Assembly (NCBI GenBank): GCA_049514955.1
Contig: JBEKUO010000001.1
Location: 11,642 to 75,641, forward strand
DNA: 64,000 nucleotides
DNA from: Bryobacteraceae bacterium
Lineage (GTDB): Bacteria; Acidobacteriota; Terriglobia; Bryobacterales; Bryobacteraceae
Reading direction: 5' to 3'
A program made the translations under genes and the position numbers. Shown one piece after another: positions 28,231 to 37,070 of the stretch. The notes under the pieces are model-generated. The model did not search any database and was not told the DNA's origin. It worked only from the letters and a program-made list of their open reading frames with translations. How positions within the stretch are numbered: the stretch's first letter is position 1; each line of letters begins with the position of its first letter.

Positions 28231-28731
28231 TCACTCCCCCGTCGTCCGCTTCTCAAACGCCTCATAATCGTTCGCGATCGCCTGCGCCAGGGCGAACAGC
28301 TTGCTTAGCAACTCCTCCGACGACCGGAACTGAATATGCAACTCCCCGGGACTCAGGCCGATGCCTGCCGGCAGGTCCGGCAATCGTTGGCTCAACACCT
28401 CCGGCTCCACCGGGATGGCCACCCGCGCCCCTGCCTGCAAGCGGCGGATGGCATCCAGCCGCTCCGCCAAGCGCTCCTTGCGGCGCCACTCCATTTTGAA
28501 ATCCGGGCTGTCGCGGATCTGCTCCAACTGCGCCACCAGCTTCGGACGGTCGATCAAGAACGTCCGGCCCGCCTGGTAACCGCCGAAGAAGTGAATCAGG
28601 TCAATGGCGCGCCGCCGCCGCAGGCGGAACAGCCGCTCGCAGACTGCGCGATCCACCACCGGCACATCCAGCGTTCGCAATTCTTCCAGGATCTCGGGGA
28701 CGCGCAGCAGCCATTGCGCTTTAGCAGGCAT
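28231..28731 (-). CDS. hypothetical protein (166 aa), no recognised domain
   Basis: Clean ORF with protein-like composition. Its stop codon abuts the ORF6N stop with 0 nt between them. It starts 9 nt downstream of the PilZ-like gene. Confidence 0.5.
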   Translation of the reverse strand: MPAKAQWLLRVPEILEELRTLDVPVVDRAVCERLFRLRRRRAIDLIHFFGGYQAGRTFLIDRPKLVAQLEQIRDSPDFKMEWRRKERLAERLDAIRRLQAGARVAIPVEPEVLSQRLPDLPAGIGLSPGELHIQFRSSEELLSKLFALAQAIANDYEAFEKRTTGE

Positions 28732-28740
28732 TTCGCAGGC

Positions 28741-29028
28741 CTATCCGCGTAGCCAGCCCTGCTTCTGCCAGGCCGCCTCGGCGGTGTCCAGCAGCATGTG
28801 GTGGATTTCGATCCAGAAACCGCCCGGCTCGACATTCAGCACCTCGCCCAGCAGCAGTTGGCCCTCCCATTCCAGGCGTACAGCGCCGTCCTTCTTGACC
28901 GGTAATGCCGCGGCCAGGCGGAGGCGTTTGCCGGAAAGTTCCACGATGCGCGCGGACCCGGCACATGCCCCGTCGCCTAACACGTGCAGTTCGACGAGTT
29001 GATCCCGCTTCCAATTCAGTTCGCGCAT
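28741..29028 (-). CDS. small PilZ-like beta-barrel protein with degenerate c-di-GMP motifs
   Basis: The ATG at 29028 gives MRELNWKRDQLVELHVLGDGACAGSARIVELSGKRLRLAAALPVKKDGAVRLEW..GEVLNVE, which resembles the PilZ pattern. The RxxxR and DxSxxG motifs are imperfect (RELNWKR; ELSGKR). Confidence 0.35.
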   Translation of the reverse strand: MRELNWKRDQLVELHVLGDGACAGSARIVELSGKRLRLAAALPVKKDGAVRLEWEGQLLLGEVLNVEPGGFWIEIHHMLLDTAEAAWQKQGWLRG

Positions 29029-29064
29029 TGCCCTTCCGTGCCAGTGTACTATGCGTACAGGACG

Positions 29065-30408
29065 ATGTTTACATTTCTCAAGAGCCTGTTTTCCACGCGT
29101 ATCCTCAGCCTCATCGTTCCGGAAACGATTCTTATTTTCTCCTGCTATATTCTGGCCGCCTATTGGTCCGGAGGCGTGGACCCTTCCGTATTTCTGCTGT
29201 ACGACAATGGGCTGCTGCAGATCGCCCTGGTGGTGGCGGGCGTGCTCGCCGGACTGCAACTCAACAAGCTGTACGTACAGGTAGGCGTGCGCTCGAAGAT
29301 ACTGCTCCTGCAGCAAATCTGCCTGACGATGGGCGTGACCTTCCTGTTGGAATCGCTGCTGAGCTATCTGCGGAACCCGGGGCTGGTGCTGGCGCCGGCG
29401 ATCATGCTGGTCGGCAGCGGCTTGGCCTTGGTGGTGTTGTTCGTCTGGCGCGTGTTCTACAGCGCGGTGCTGTGGAAGAGCTTCGGGACCAAACGGGTGC
29501 TCTTTTATGGGACGAATACGGCCGTGATGGAAACCAGCCGTAGCCTAACCGCACATCCCGAGTTGGGCCTTTCGACGATCGGCTACATCGACGAGGAACG
29601 GGCTGCCGGCACGCCGCTCCACGGAGCGCCCGTGCTGGGCTCTGCCGCGGACTTCGCGCGGGTGGTTTCCGAGGCGCATCCGGACCGTATCGTCGTGGGC
29701 GTTACCGAACGCCGCCAGAACATGCCGTGGCGCGAGCTCTTGGACTTGCAGTTCCGCGGCATTGAAATCCAGCCCGTGGGGGAGTTGTACGAAACGGCTT
29801 GCGAGCGCGTGTGCCTGGCGGAGTTGCTGCCCTCGCAACTGATCTTCTCCGACGAACTGGGGGCCCGTCGCGGCGCCATCGCGTTGCAGGCCATCTACTC
29901 GAACATAGTGGCGCTGGCCGGCTTGGCATTGCTGGCGTCGCTGGCGCTGCCGATCGCCGCGGCAGTGAAGTTGTCTTCACGCGGCCCGGTCCTGGAGGGG
30001 CATGCACGACTGGGGCTGAACATGGTCCCGTTCACGCTTTACCGCTTCCGCAGCCGGCGCGCGGACGGCAGCCCCACGCCAGTCGGCCGATGGCTGCGTC
30101 GCCTGCATCTGGACGGGCTGCCCCAACTGCTGAACGTGATCCGTGGCGAGATGTCCCTGCTGGGGCCGCGGCCCCATCGTCCAGAATTCATCCCGGAGTT
30201 GCTGCGGCAGATGCCATTTTACGGGCAGCGGCATGCGGTGCGACCCGGTATCCTGGGCTGGAGCCAGCTCAACTGCGACTATGGCCGGCTACGCGACGCG
30301 CGGGAATCGCTGGAGTACGACCTGTATTACATCAAGCATGTTTCTCCGGCGCTGGACGCGTACATCCTCCTGCATAGCTTGATGGAAATGCCCTTCCGGG
30401 AAGCATAG
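29065..30408 (+). CDS. polyprenyl-phosphate glycosyl-1-phosphate transferase (bacterial sugar transferase, WbaP/EpsB type; resembles PEP-CTERM-locus subfamily)
   Basis: N-terminus MFTFLKSLFSTRILSLIVPETILIF plus TM segments, a central Rossmann-like region (VLFYGTNTA...) and a C-terminal catalytic domain (DGLPQLLNVIRGEMSLLGPRPHRPEF, VRPGILGWSQLN). Confidence 0.8.
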   Translation: MFTFLKSLFSTRILSLIVPETILIFSCYILAAYWSGGVDPSVFLLYDNGLLQIALVVAGVLAGLQLNKLYVQVGVRSKILLLQQICLTMGVTFLLESLLSYLRNPGLVLAPAIMLVGSGLALVVLFVWRVFYSAVLWKSFGTKRVLFYGTNTAVMETSRSLTAHPELGLSTIGYIDEERAAGTPLHGAPVLGSAADFARVVSEAHPDRIVVGVTERRQNMPWRELLDLQFRGIEIQPVGELYETACERVCLAELLPSQLIFSDELGARRGAIALQAIYSNIVALAGLALLASLALPIAAAVKLSSRGPVLEGHARLGLNMVPFTLYRFRSRRADGSPTPVGRWLRRLHLDGLPQLLNVIRGEMSLLGPRPHRPEFIPELLRQMPFYGQRHAVRPGILGWSQLNCDYGRLRDARESLEYDLYYIKHVSPALDAYILLHSLMEMPFREA

Positions 30409-30422
30409 CTCTCAGGCCGAAT

Positions 30423-32510
30423 CTACGACTTTCCCACCGCTCCAACGATGAAGTCCACTTCCTGACCCGGCTGCGCGCTGCTTGGCGCAAAATTGTAATT
30501 CGGGCCGCTCATCAGGCGGATGTGGAAGGCATGCCGGGCCCTTCCGGCCTGGAACATTCCGGTCTTGTTCCTTTTCGCGTCTTTTACCGCGGTGGTGCTG
30601 AAGGTGTGCACGCCATCGTTGGCCTTGAAACTGGCCTTCCCCCGGGAGACGCTCAGCCATCCTTGGCAAGTAGTAATAAAGTTGTCACTATGATCGTGAT
30701 ACACCAAAAAACTCGCCACTCCGCCCTTGTCAAGCGCGGCACGATAGTTGATAAATGCATCTGCCGGTTGATTCAGGTAGTAGAGCTCGATTTTGGCGAG
30801 TGCGTTGTAAGCCTGCCAGCGCGACGGATTCGCCTGAATCGCGCTGTTCAGCAGTGTCTGCGCGTCGGTATATAGGACGTTGTTGATCTTCACCTCCGCC
30901 TGCCTGAGCAGCTCGTCGTAGCTCGTAACAACTGGCGCGGGTGGCGGCACGACCGGCGCGGGCGCAGGCTCGACCGGCGCGGGCGCAGGCGTAACGGCGA
31001 CCACCGGCGCTGGTGCCGGCGGCGCCGGTTTCTCCACTGTTACCGGCTGTGGCTCCGGCGCCACCGGATTCTCCGCCTGCGCCTCGAGCGCGCGCTGGCG
31101 CTCCTCGTCGCTTTGCGGAATGCCTGCCGCTTGGGTCGGCCACTGTGTGGACCCTGCGGCCGGCGTAGGGCTCGTAGCCCCTGGCGCAGGGGTCGTGGAA
31201 CCCGACTCAGGGGTTGTAGAACTTGCCGTGGTTGTCGGCCGGTGCCTATGACGGTACCAGTAGATAGAGCCGCCGGTGGCTGCCAGCGCGACGATTGCAA
31301 TCAGAAGCGCGAGGACCAACCACTTCGGCAACGTCCGGCGGACGCGTGGCGGCGGTGGCGGCGCCACAGGCGCTGCGGGGACAGGGCCGGCTATGACCTG
31401 CGGCGCTGGCGGCCCTGGCGGTGGAACAACAGCCGGTGGCTGAGCGGGGGCCACTGGTGCCAGTATCAGCGTCTCAACCAGTGTCCGCCGGGTCTCATCC
31501 AATGCCCGCGTCTCACTCAGAACAGTTACCGGCGCAGGACGAGGGACGGGGAGATTGCCCGTAAGGGCGCTCTTGAAATCCTCCATCGATTGGAATCGGT
31601 CGCCGGCGCGCACGGCCAGCCCCTTCATCAATGCGATCTCCGCGGAAGCCGGAATGCTGACTCCCAGTTGGGAGGGGCTTTCCAGCGTGTCCGCAGCCAG
31701 CCTGTCGATCGAAGCTGGCGGGACCTTCCCGGTGACGGCGCGATAGAGCGTGGCGGCAGTGGCATACACGTCGGTCCATGGGCCTTGAATGCCGTTCGAC
31801 CGGTACTGCTCTTCCGGAGAGTATCCCCCTCTCATGATCACCGAGAGGTTCCGGCTCCTTTGGCTGAGCGCATTGCGCGCCGCGCCAAAATCGATCAGCT
31901 TCACTTTGCCCGTCCTGGGGATGTAGATGTTGTCCGGGCTGACGTCGCGATGCAGGATGTTCTCGGCGTGCACGGCGCTCAAGGCGTCCATCACCGGCAG
32001 CATGATACGGAGCGCCTCCTCGAAAGGGATCGTTCCGCCGCGGCGGCGCAGAAGCTCCTCGAATGTCATGCCCTCGAGGTACTCCATCACCAGGTAAGCC
32101 GTACCGTTATCGCGGAAAACGGTGTCGACCGCCACGATATTGGGGTGATTGCACTTCTTCAGCACGCGCGCCTACTCGAGGAAGCGCTCCAGTCCCCATT
32201 CGTACTCCGGCTTGGTTATGTCGGAGAACGGCAGGACTTTGCTTTGCCCCGTGCGGCCGGCAATGCCATTCGGCATGTACTCTTTTATGGCGAGGCGCGT
32301 TTGCAGGCCGATATCCCAGGCCAGATAGGTGATGCCAAAGCCGCCGTGGCCGAGCGCGCGCCCGATCACGTATTGATCGCGCAAAACCGTGCGCGGCGGC
32401 AGCATCAGGGTGTTGCTGACAGTGGGATGGAAGGGTGACCCACACTTGGGGCAGATCGTGCTGCCGGAATCGTCTTCCAGGCAACTGACGCACATGGTTT
32501 CGAGATTCAT
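30423..32510 (-). pseudogene. Ser/Thr protein kinase (N-terminal zinc-ribbon, TM, Pro-rich linker, C-terminal TPR-like/unknown domain) interrupted by an in-frame TAG
   Basis: ORF 32172-32510 carries CVSC...CPKC, the glycine loop GHGGFGITY and AIKEY. The same frame continues after the TAG (32172-32174) with ARVLKKCNHPNIV, HRDVSPDNIYI, DFGAAR and GYSPEE. ...ERFLE*ARVLKK corresponds to the canonical FLxEARxL segment. Confidence 0.8.
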
Positions 32511-32533
32511 AATCCGTTCTCCATTATGTGTCG

Positions 32534-34405
32534 TTAGTGCTTCTTGGGCGGGGCTTTCGGCGGAGGCGCGGGCGCGCGTTGCGGCTGCGTGTGCTGCTGC
32601 GGCTGCATGCGCTGCTGCGGCTGCGTGCGCTGTGGTTGGGTCTGCGTCCGCTGCGGTTGGGTCTGCGTCCGCTGTGGTTGGGTCTGCGTCCGCTGTTGCT
32701 GATTCTGCGTGTGCTGCGGCTGGGTCTGGGTCCGCTGTTGCTGATTCTGCGTGTGCTGCGGCTGGGTCTGCGTCCGCTGCTGTTGGTTCTGCGTGTGCTG
32801 TGGCTGAGTCTGCGTGTGCTGCGGCTGGGTCTGCGTCCGCTGCTGTTGATTCTGCGTGTGCTGTGGCTGGGTCTGCGTCCGCTGCGGCTGAGTCTGCGTG
32901 CGCTGTTGCTGATTCTGTGTGCGCTGCGGCTGCGTCTGGGTCCGCTGTTGCTGATTCTGCGTGCGTTGTGGCTGGGTCTGCGTCCGCTGCTGCGTCTGTG
33001 TGCGCGGCGCAGAAGACGTGGGCCGCGTCGAAGGCGTCCGGTTCGCCACAACATTACGGCTCGCGATCTTAGACGGCGCGCCGTGCGCCGATCCGTGCGG
33101 CCCCAGACGCGCCTCCTTCGTAGGCTCCACATTGGACCGCGGGCCCACTTTCGCCTTCGCGTTGGCCGCCGCCGGAACGTGCACAGAGTCCTTGCCGACC
33201 GGGTGTCCACTCGCGACGTCGCTGCGCCGCGCAGCGGTCAGGGCCGATGCGCGGTTCATATAGTGCTGCCGCGCCGCATCCGGGTGGGCCAGCACTTTGC
33301 GATCCACGGGCACCGCGTTGGTTGCGTTGACCTGCTCCAGGTACCCGGCGCTTACGGTGTACGCCGGCACCCACACTTCGCCGGGGCCTAGCGGGAACCA
33401 GCCGAGCACCGCGTCGGCCAGTACGACGCCCGCTCCAAAATCGGCGAATGCCACCAGTGCGGGTGCGTAGTAGGGGCGAATTACGAACACCCCGGGAGTC
33501 TCGGGCTTCCCGGGAGTCCAGCCCCAGGCGCCGTCAACCTGCACCCAACGCCCGAAATGAAACGGCGCGTAACCCCAGGGCGCGTCGTCCACCCAGGTCC
33601 AGCCCCACGGATCCACAAAGACCCAATGGCCCACGCGGTACGGGGCCCATTGCGCATCTACGTTGGGAAACCAAACCGGGCCGTACGGGTCGACGGTGCG
33701 CCAATTGCCATTGGCATCCAGATCGGCGTAGCCGGGGATGTCGCGCGAAATGTTTGTCGCCGTGGCCGACGAGTCCTCGCGCCCGTCCCGTTCGATGCAC
33801 CAGGCGTCAAACGGATCGGTGGCGGGCGCGTCGAGCGGTTCGGTATTCGCAGCGGTCACCCGCACCTGCTTGCCCTCGGCGACCGGCGTAATCTGGCCGC
33901 CGGCGTTGATCTCGGCGTCGCCCATCCGCACCGTGACCAGAGTGGTATCGCCCTGCTCGCTGACCTCCACGCGATAGGCGCCAAAGCGTTTCAAGGTAAA
34001 GGAAAGTTGCGGCGTGTCGATCTCAAAGACCTCATCGGCAGCCAGATCGTGCAGCCGCACGTTCAGGATGCCGCTCGCAATTTTGATGTGGGTAACCGCG
34101 TCGCCCAGTTCCACAAAAGCGAAATCCGTGCGTCCTCCGAAGCGCATGGCGGCATTGTCCGTCTGCAATTCGGCACGGCCGTTGTCTTCGGTCCAGAACT
34201 CGTCGCCGGTGGTCATCGGGCGGTTCAGCTCCGCCGGAGTCCAGTCGTCTACGCCGGCGGGTTTGAAGGTAACCGTGCCTTCGAAATACCCGAGACGCGC
34301 GGCGCGCCGCGGCGGGTCGGCGTTCTGCGGCAGCGCGGGCGTGGCCGCAACGGCTCCCAGAATGACGAACGCCGCAAATCTCTTAAGCATTTCCTGTCTC
34401 TCCAC
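32534..34405 (-). CDS. secreted FecR-like/DUF6600-like protein with Gln/Thr-rich heptad-repeat tail
   Basis: Signal peptide MLKRFAAFVILGAVAATPALPQ. Then GYFEGTVTFKPAG.DDWTPAELNRPMTTGDEFWTE..GRAELQ (FecR-like) and a Trp-rich block WGWTWVDDAPWGYAPFHFGRWV..GAWGWTPG. The C-terminus has about 21 copies of (R/H)TQ(T/N)Q(P/Q)Q. Confidence 0.7.
   Translation of the reverse strand: MERQEMLKRFAAFVILGAVAATPALPQNADPPRRAARLGYFEGTVTFKPAGVDDWTPAELNRPMTTGDEFWTEDNGRAELQTDNAAMRFGGRTDFAFVELGDAVTHIKIASGILNVRLHDLAADEVFEIDTPQLSFTLKRFGAYRVEVSEQGDTTLVTVRMGDAEINAGGQITPVAEGKQVRVTAANTEPLDAPATDPFDAWCIERDGREDSSATATNISRDIPGYADLDANGNWRTVDPYGPVWFPNVDAQWAPYRVGHWVFVDPWGWTWVDDAPWGYAPFHFGRWVQVDGAWGWTPGKPETPGVFVIRPYYAPALVAFADFGAGVVLADAVLGWFPLGPGEVWVPAYTVSAGYLEQVNATNAVPVDRKVLAHPDAARQHYMNRASALTAARRSDVASGHPVGKDSVHVPAAANAKAKVGPRSNVEPTKEARLGPHGSAHGAPSKIASRNVVANRTPSTRPTSSAPRTQTQQRTQTQPQRTQNQQQRTQTQPQRTQNQQQRTQTQPQRTQTQPQHTQNQQQRTQTQPQHTQTQPQHTQNQQQRTQTQPQHTQNQQQRTQTQPQHTQNQQQRTQTQPQRTQTQPQRTQTQPQRTQPQQRMQPQQHTQPQRAPAPPPKAPPKKH
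32579..33010 (-). repeat. 21-nt coding tandem repeat array (~20 units) encoding (R/H)TQ(T/N)Q(P/Q)Q
   Basis: Visible as ctgcggctgggtctgcgtccg / ctgttgctgattctgcgtgtg variants on the + strand. It generates long spurious ORFs in several other frames. Confidence 0.9.
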
Positions 34406-34468
34406 CTCGACTCTACCACTGACGGGCCCGATCGCAGGCTAACTGCGAGCTTGCTGACTCCGTCCCGA

Positions 34469-36292
34469 CTAAGGTAACTCCCCCATGCAACGGAACCCCA
34501 CATCGCTGGCGCGGCTCTCCGGCGCACCCTGGGAACGGGCCGAGACGCGAACGCCGTCCGCACGCATGTCCCAGGCCCCGCCGCGCAGCACATGCCCGGC
34601 GCCGCCGTCCGGACCTTTGGGATCCGCTCCGGGGCTCGCCTGGTAGTAGCCGCTGCCGTAGAAGTCGGCAGTCCACTCCCACACATTCCCCAGCATGTCG
34701 TACAAGCCGTACCCGTTCGGCTTCTTTTTGGCGACCGGCTGCGGCGCATTCCCGCTGTTATCTCCGTCCCAGGCGATAGCGTCGAGAGCTCCGTATCGCG
34801 ATCGCACATTTCCGCCCCGTGCCGCGAACTCCCATTCCGCCTCAGTGGGCAAACGCAGTCCCGCCCATTCGCAATAACCGGCGGCTTCCTGCCAGGTCAC
34901 CGACACTGCGGGAAGATCTCCTCCTCCCGTTCCCGTGGCGCGCGTATAGCGCTGGTATGCGCCCGCAGTCACCTCCGTCTGCCCCATCCAGAATCCCTGG
35001 CTGATGCTGACTTCGTGCACCGGTTTCTCGTCGGCGGCGCACGTGGCGTCGCCCGGCGAGCACCCCATGCGAAAAGTCCCTGCCGGGATCCACACGTACG
35101 GCAGGCCGTCTTTTGAGTTGGTCCGCACTTCACCCAGGCTCCCCGCCCGCGCAGGACCAGGGGCGGGTGACGGGTGCGACTCAGGCGCCGTTGGCTGATG
35201 CGACCGGAAAAGGAAAATCCAAACAATCGCGGCCAACAGCAGGCACGCCGCCACACCCGCAGCCAGCCACATTCCGGTCTTGCGGGGCTTTGGTGGCGCG
35301 ATGGGCGTGATCTGCACCGTGGGAACGGCCGGTACGACCGCCGTTACTGGCGCCGTCGGCATAACTGCCGCGACGGGCGGCACCGTCTGTCTTGTCGGAG
35401 GGCTCTCTTCCTCCCACACGCCGCCCCCCTGGACCGCGGGCGAGGAGAGCGCCGCAATGAGATCCGCGGCGGTCTGAAATCTTTCCTCTGAATTCTGTTT
35501 CAGACAGCGCAGGATCGCGCTCTCCCATTGCGGGTCCAGGTCCGGAACGAACTGCCGGGGCGGAGGCGCTTGCGGACGAACGTACGCCGCCTCCGGAAAC
35601 GGTCGCCGGCCGGCGACCATTTCATACATCACGATGCCCAGCGCAAAAATGTCCGTCGCTGGTGTGAGCGTGCCCAGGGTAAGTTGCTCGGGAGACATAT
35701 ACGCTGGAGTGCCGACGATATGGCCGACCATCGTCACGTTGCCGGCGGTATCCTCCATGCTGCGCGCCAGTCCGAAATCCGTGACCACCACACGGATCCC
35801 GTTTCCCTTGCCCGTTGGCGTCAGCATGACGTTTGCGGGCTTGAAATCCCGGTGTACGATGCCCACTTCATGTGCCGCATCGAGGGCCGCAGCCATTTGC
35901 ATGACGAGAGGGCCCGCCTCCTGGGTGCTCATGCGCCCCCGGCTCAACCGGTCGGCGAGGTTCTCACCTTGCAGCATTTCCATGGTGAGGAACATCATTC
36001 CGGGTTCCCCGGATGCTGGGTTTCCTGGCGTGATGTGGAGATCGTATATCCGGCAAACATTGGGATGCGTGACCTGCTTGGCCGTCTGCACTTCCCGCTT
36101 GAATCGGGCAGTGGCCTGCGCATTGGAGGCGATATCCGGCCGTATGGTCTTCAGGGCCACGCGCCCGCCCAGATTCAGATCTTCCCCCTCATATACGTCT
36201 CCCATACCGCCGCGTCCGAGCCGGCGCACGATCCGGAACCGGCCTGCCAGTACGTCGCCTGCGCGCAGGCCCAACTCAGGAATTTGGACCAT
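34469..36292 (-). CDS. Ser/Thr protein kinase with TM segment and C-terminal FGE-sulfatase (SUMF1/DUF323) domain
   Basis: Kinase motifs GRGGMGDVYEG, VALKTI, HRDFKPANVML, DFGLAR and YMSPEQ. FGE-domain motifs RLPTEAEWEFAARGG, YGLYDMLGNVWEWTADFY, VLRGGAW and GFRCM. Confidence 0.9.
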   Translation of the reverse strand: MVQIPELGLRAGDVLAGRFRIVRRLGRGGMGDVYEGEDLNLGGRVALKTIRPDIASNAQATARFKREVQTAKQVTHPNVCRIYDLHITPGNPASGEPGMMFLTMEMLQGENLADRLSRGRMSTQEAGPLVMQMAAALDAAHEVGIVHRDFKPANVMLTPTGKGNGIRVVVTDFGLARSMEDTAGNVTMVGHIVGTPAYMSPEQLTLGTLTPATDIFALGIVMYEMVAGRRPFPEAAYVRPQAPPPRQFVPDLDPQWESAILRCLKQNSEERFQTAADLIAALSSPAVQGGGVWEEESPPTRQTVPPVAAVMPTAPVTAVVPAVPTVQITPIAPPKPRKTGMWLAAGVAACLLLAAIVWIFLFRSHQPTAPESHPSPAPGPARAGSLGEVRTNSKDGLPYVWIPAGTFRMGCSPGDATCAADEKPVHEVSISQGFWMGQTEVTAGAYQRYTRATGTGGGDLPAVSVTWQEAAGYCEWAGLRLPTEAEWEFAARGGNVRSRYGALDAIAWDGDNSGNAPQPVAKKKPNGYGLYDMLGNVWEWTADFYGSGYYQASPGADPKGPDGGAGHVLRGGAWDMRADGVRVSARSQGAPESRASDVGFRCMGELP

Positions 36293-36361
36293 TCCCGGGA
36301 ATCGCGCTCAAGTGCTTCGTCGACGATCTTCCTGACCTGCGCCCAGCGCTCCGGGCTCATT

Positions 36362-36930
36362 TCAGACGGCACGCGCGATCTCCCGGTGCAGCCACAAACG
36401 CGCCACGTTCCACTCCCGTTTCACGGTCCGATCCGAAATGCCCAGCACCGCGGCGGTTTCGGCGACCGACAGGTCTCCAAAGAATCGCAATTCCACGATG
36501 CGGCTCTGCCGCGGATCGAGCTTCTCCAGGCGCTGGAGGGCCTCGTCCAGGGCGATCAGCTCGCTGGATTTCTCGGGAGAAAACACCAACCCTTCGTCGA
36601 GCGGGACCTTCGACTGGCCTCCTCCGCGTTTGTCGCGGCCGCGCCCCCGCGCGTAATCGATCAGAATACAGCGCATCTGCCGTGCGGCTACCGCAAAGAA
36701 ATGCGCGCGATTCTCCCAGTTGAAATTCGCCCTGCCTACCATCTTGAGATACGCTTCATGACCAGTGCGGTTGCCTGCAGCGTGTGCTCCGGCCGTTCGA
36801 GTCTCATGTAGTGCGCCGCGATCCGGCGCATCTCCCCATACACGAGGGGTACCAGTTTCTGAACCGCCTCCGCGTCCCCTTTTTGAGCGCCGGCAAGCAG
36901 CCGTGTGATTTCTCCAGGAGACGATTCCAT
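36362..36930 (-). pseudogene. ECF-type RNA polymerase sigma factor (TIGR02999/ECF43-like) with a 1-nt frameshift
   Basis: ORF 36736-36930 reads EITRLLAGAQKGDAEAVQKLVPLVYGEMRRIAAHYMRLERPEHTLQATALV. The frame of ORF 36362-36742 reads HEAYLKMVGRANFNWENRAHFFAVAARQMRCILIDYAR...SVAETAAVLGISDRTVKREW. The two join perfectly if one C is restored at about 36760 (gtc-cat). Confidence 0.8.
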
Positions 36931-37070
36931 ATGCAGGTTCTTGAAAGAAGAGCGTTTTTCGGAATTCTACCGCACTTTCGCGCCAGATTTGGCCCCTCCG
37001 CTCCTCCCATGTCGCCTGTAAGGTTGCAGGCGGTCAAAGCCGCCTGACACTTTCGAAAAGGAGAAGGAAA

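Noticed and set aside
32172-32174. The in-frame TAG in the kinase might be a recoded codon (pyrrolysine or programmed read-through).
   Set aside because: There are no Pyl machinery genes or read-through context signals in the window. A single G-to-T nonsense change from GAG explains it fully.
32389-33391. Several long overlapping ORFs on both strands (Ala/Ser/Cys-rich, Arg/Ser-rich, Leu/Arg-rich), and a CRISPR-like periodicity.
   Set aside because: They are alternative-frame readings of the 21-nt coding tandem repeat of the 32534-34405 gene. There are no unique spacers between repeats, so it is not a CRISPR array.
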